From: Octopus sinensis
Taxonomy: Eukaryota
DNA length: 64,000 nt
Assembly (NCBI RefSeq): GCF_006345805.1
Contig: NC_043003.1
Location: 96,410,001-96,474,000, forward strand
Direction: 5' to 3'
The first letter of the stretch is position 1, and each line of letters starts with the position of its first letter. Under the pieces are notes generated by a model. The model was not told where the DNA came from, did no database searches, and saw only the letters and a program-made list of their open reading frames with translations. Position numbers and translations under genes: made by a program. Below, in pieces: positions 62,561 to 64,000 of this stretch.

Positions 62561-64000
62561 CAGTTGCGGCCAAAATGTTCAGAACGGCATTGTTTTCACC
62601 AGAAAAGTAGGTATAAGTTTTTATCAAAGTTGTTTTAGTTTCTATAATTTTCACAGACAATAAATACAATATTAATTGTTATGTCTGAGATTTTGGTGTA
62701 ATTTGAGAGGGTAATACAAAAGTTATGGATGATTTAGTGATTTACTGTAAAACCCATGGCGGCCAAAATGATCAGAACGGTTGCTTTTACTCCGTGTTTT
62801 AGTATATTTAACCGGCGAACTCTAATATTTTGAATTTGTTTACGTGATGGTTCGTTTACTAAACATTAGTAAGAATATCTGCAGTGTACTTTGTTAATAT
62901 AATGCCACTTACTCCGTTACCAATTCGTCAGCAGATTATTAAGCTTCGAAAGAAGGATAATTTAAGTATTGGGTCTATTGCAAAGATTGTTAACAAGTCA
63001 AAAAGTGTTGTTCACGGTATTCTTAAGGTCTTCGATGATTGTGGTTCGTGTGAAGCAAGAAAGTCTACAGGTAGGTCAAGAAAAACGACCAAGAGAGAAG
63101 ATTGTGCTATGGTAAAGTTGGTTAAAAAGAACAGATTTAAAACTGCTGCTGTTGTTTCTTGGGAAATGAGCATTGTACTGAAGAAAACGTTATCTCGAAA
63201 AACTGTGTCTCATCGTTTAGTTGAACATAACCTACAAGCAAGATCACCTGCAGTGAAGCCACTGACCAGCTCCAAAAATAAAAAGTGTCATCTTACCTTT
63301 GCAACCGAACATGTGTTGTGGTCTCAAGAAAAATGGCAAATGGTGCATTTCAGTGATGAATCTAAGTTTATGTTATTTGGGTCAGATGGGAAAAGGTACG
63401 TTCGTTGAAAAGTGGGTGAAAAATTGTCGCCTAAATGCCTTAAGACTAGTGTTAAATTCGGTGGAGGAAGTGTCATGGTTTGGGGGATGATATCTGGAGA
63501 TGGTGTGGGCCCTTTGCTGCAATTACATGGAAAGGTAAATGCAAGAGTTTATAAACAACTTGTAAAAGATCATGTCTTGCCTGTGCTGAGAAATTCAACT
63601 AAGCGACCACCCATATTCATGCAGGACAATGCCCCATGTCACAAGGCTAAGGTGGTCATGAATTTCCTCAAGGCTGAAAAGGTTATTGTTATGGATTGGC
63701 CTGCTCAAAGCCCAGATCTCAATCCTATTGAAAATGTGTAGAATATTCTAGGAGAACGTTCGAAAGCCAGAAATCCTAAAACAACCGAGCAATTATGGAA
63801 TGCCCTTCGGGAAGAATGGAATAAGATCACCCAGCAAGAAATTGAAAATTTAATTTCCTCATGCAGTCAAAGATGTCAAAGTGTGATTGAAGCTAAAGGG
63901 CTTCACACTAAATATTAAATAATTCCAGTATTCTCTGTCATTTTTGATTATTTTGTTATTTTTTCAACCGTTCTGATCATTTTGGCCGGTATGGGTTTTG
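62561..64000 (+). mobile_element. Tc1 DD34E transposon of IR/DR type, nearly intact, right end beyond the window
   Basis: TA|CAGTTG start; direct repeats GCGGCCAAAATG(T/A)TCAGAACGG at 62566 and 62759, inverted copy at 63968-63987. Transposase 62902-63918 in one frame with two stops (TGA 63406, TAG 63739). Confidence 0.95.

Overview
This is AT-rich, microsatellite-dense eukaryotic DNA. The SINE/RTE repeat repertoire and (TA)n/(TACA)n/(TATC)n density point to an octopod cephalopod, probably Octopus (inferred, not searched). One gene can be reconstructed by hand: a 12-coding-exon, minus-strand EXD1 (piRNA-pathway LSm plus DEDDy-fold protein, 46995 to 27191, 745 aa). All its introns are GT-AG, the phases are consistent, and three of the four catalytic acidic residues are replaced. 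A second minus-strand gene is represented by one 2.1-kb K/S/N-rich exon (8172 to 6054) with no recognisable domain. The rest is transposon-derived: tRNA-derived SINEs, RTE/CR1/RLE LINE fragments, a deleted Gypsy element, Tc1/mariner elements (including one with DD36E spacing and a near-intact IR/DR DD34E element), piggyBac-like MITEs and four non-autonomous Helitrons. The most unusual signals are a set of (TA)n-embedded, Penelope-like structured repeats at 2.7-12.5 kb. These carry two hammerhead-ribozyme-like cores, long near-perfect hairpins, and direct plus inverted terminal duplications. All alignments and folds were done by eye, no database search was run, and repeat boundaries are approximate.
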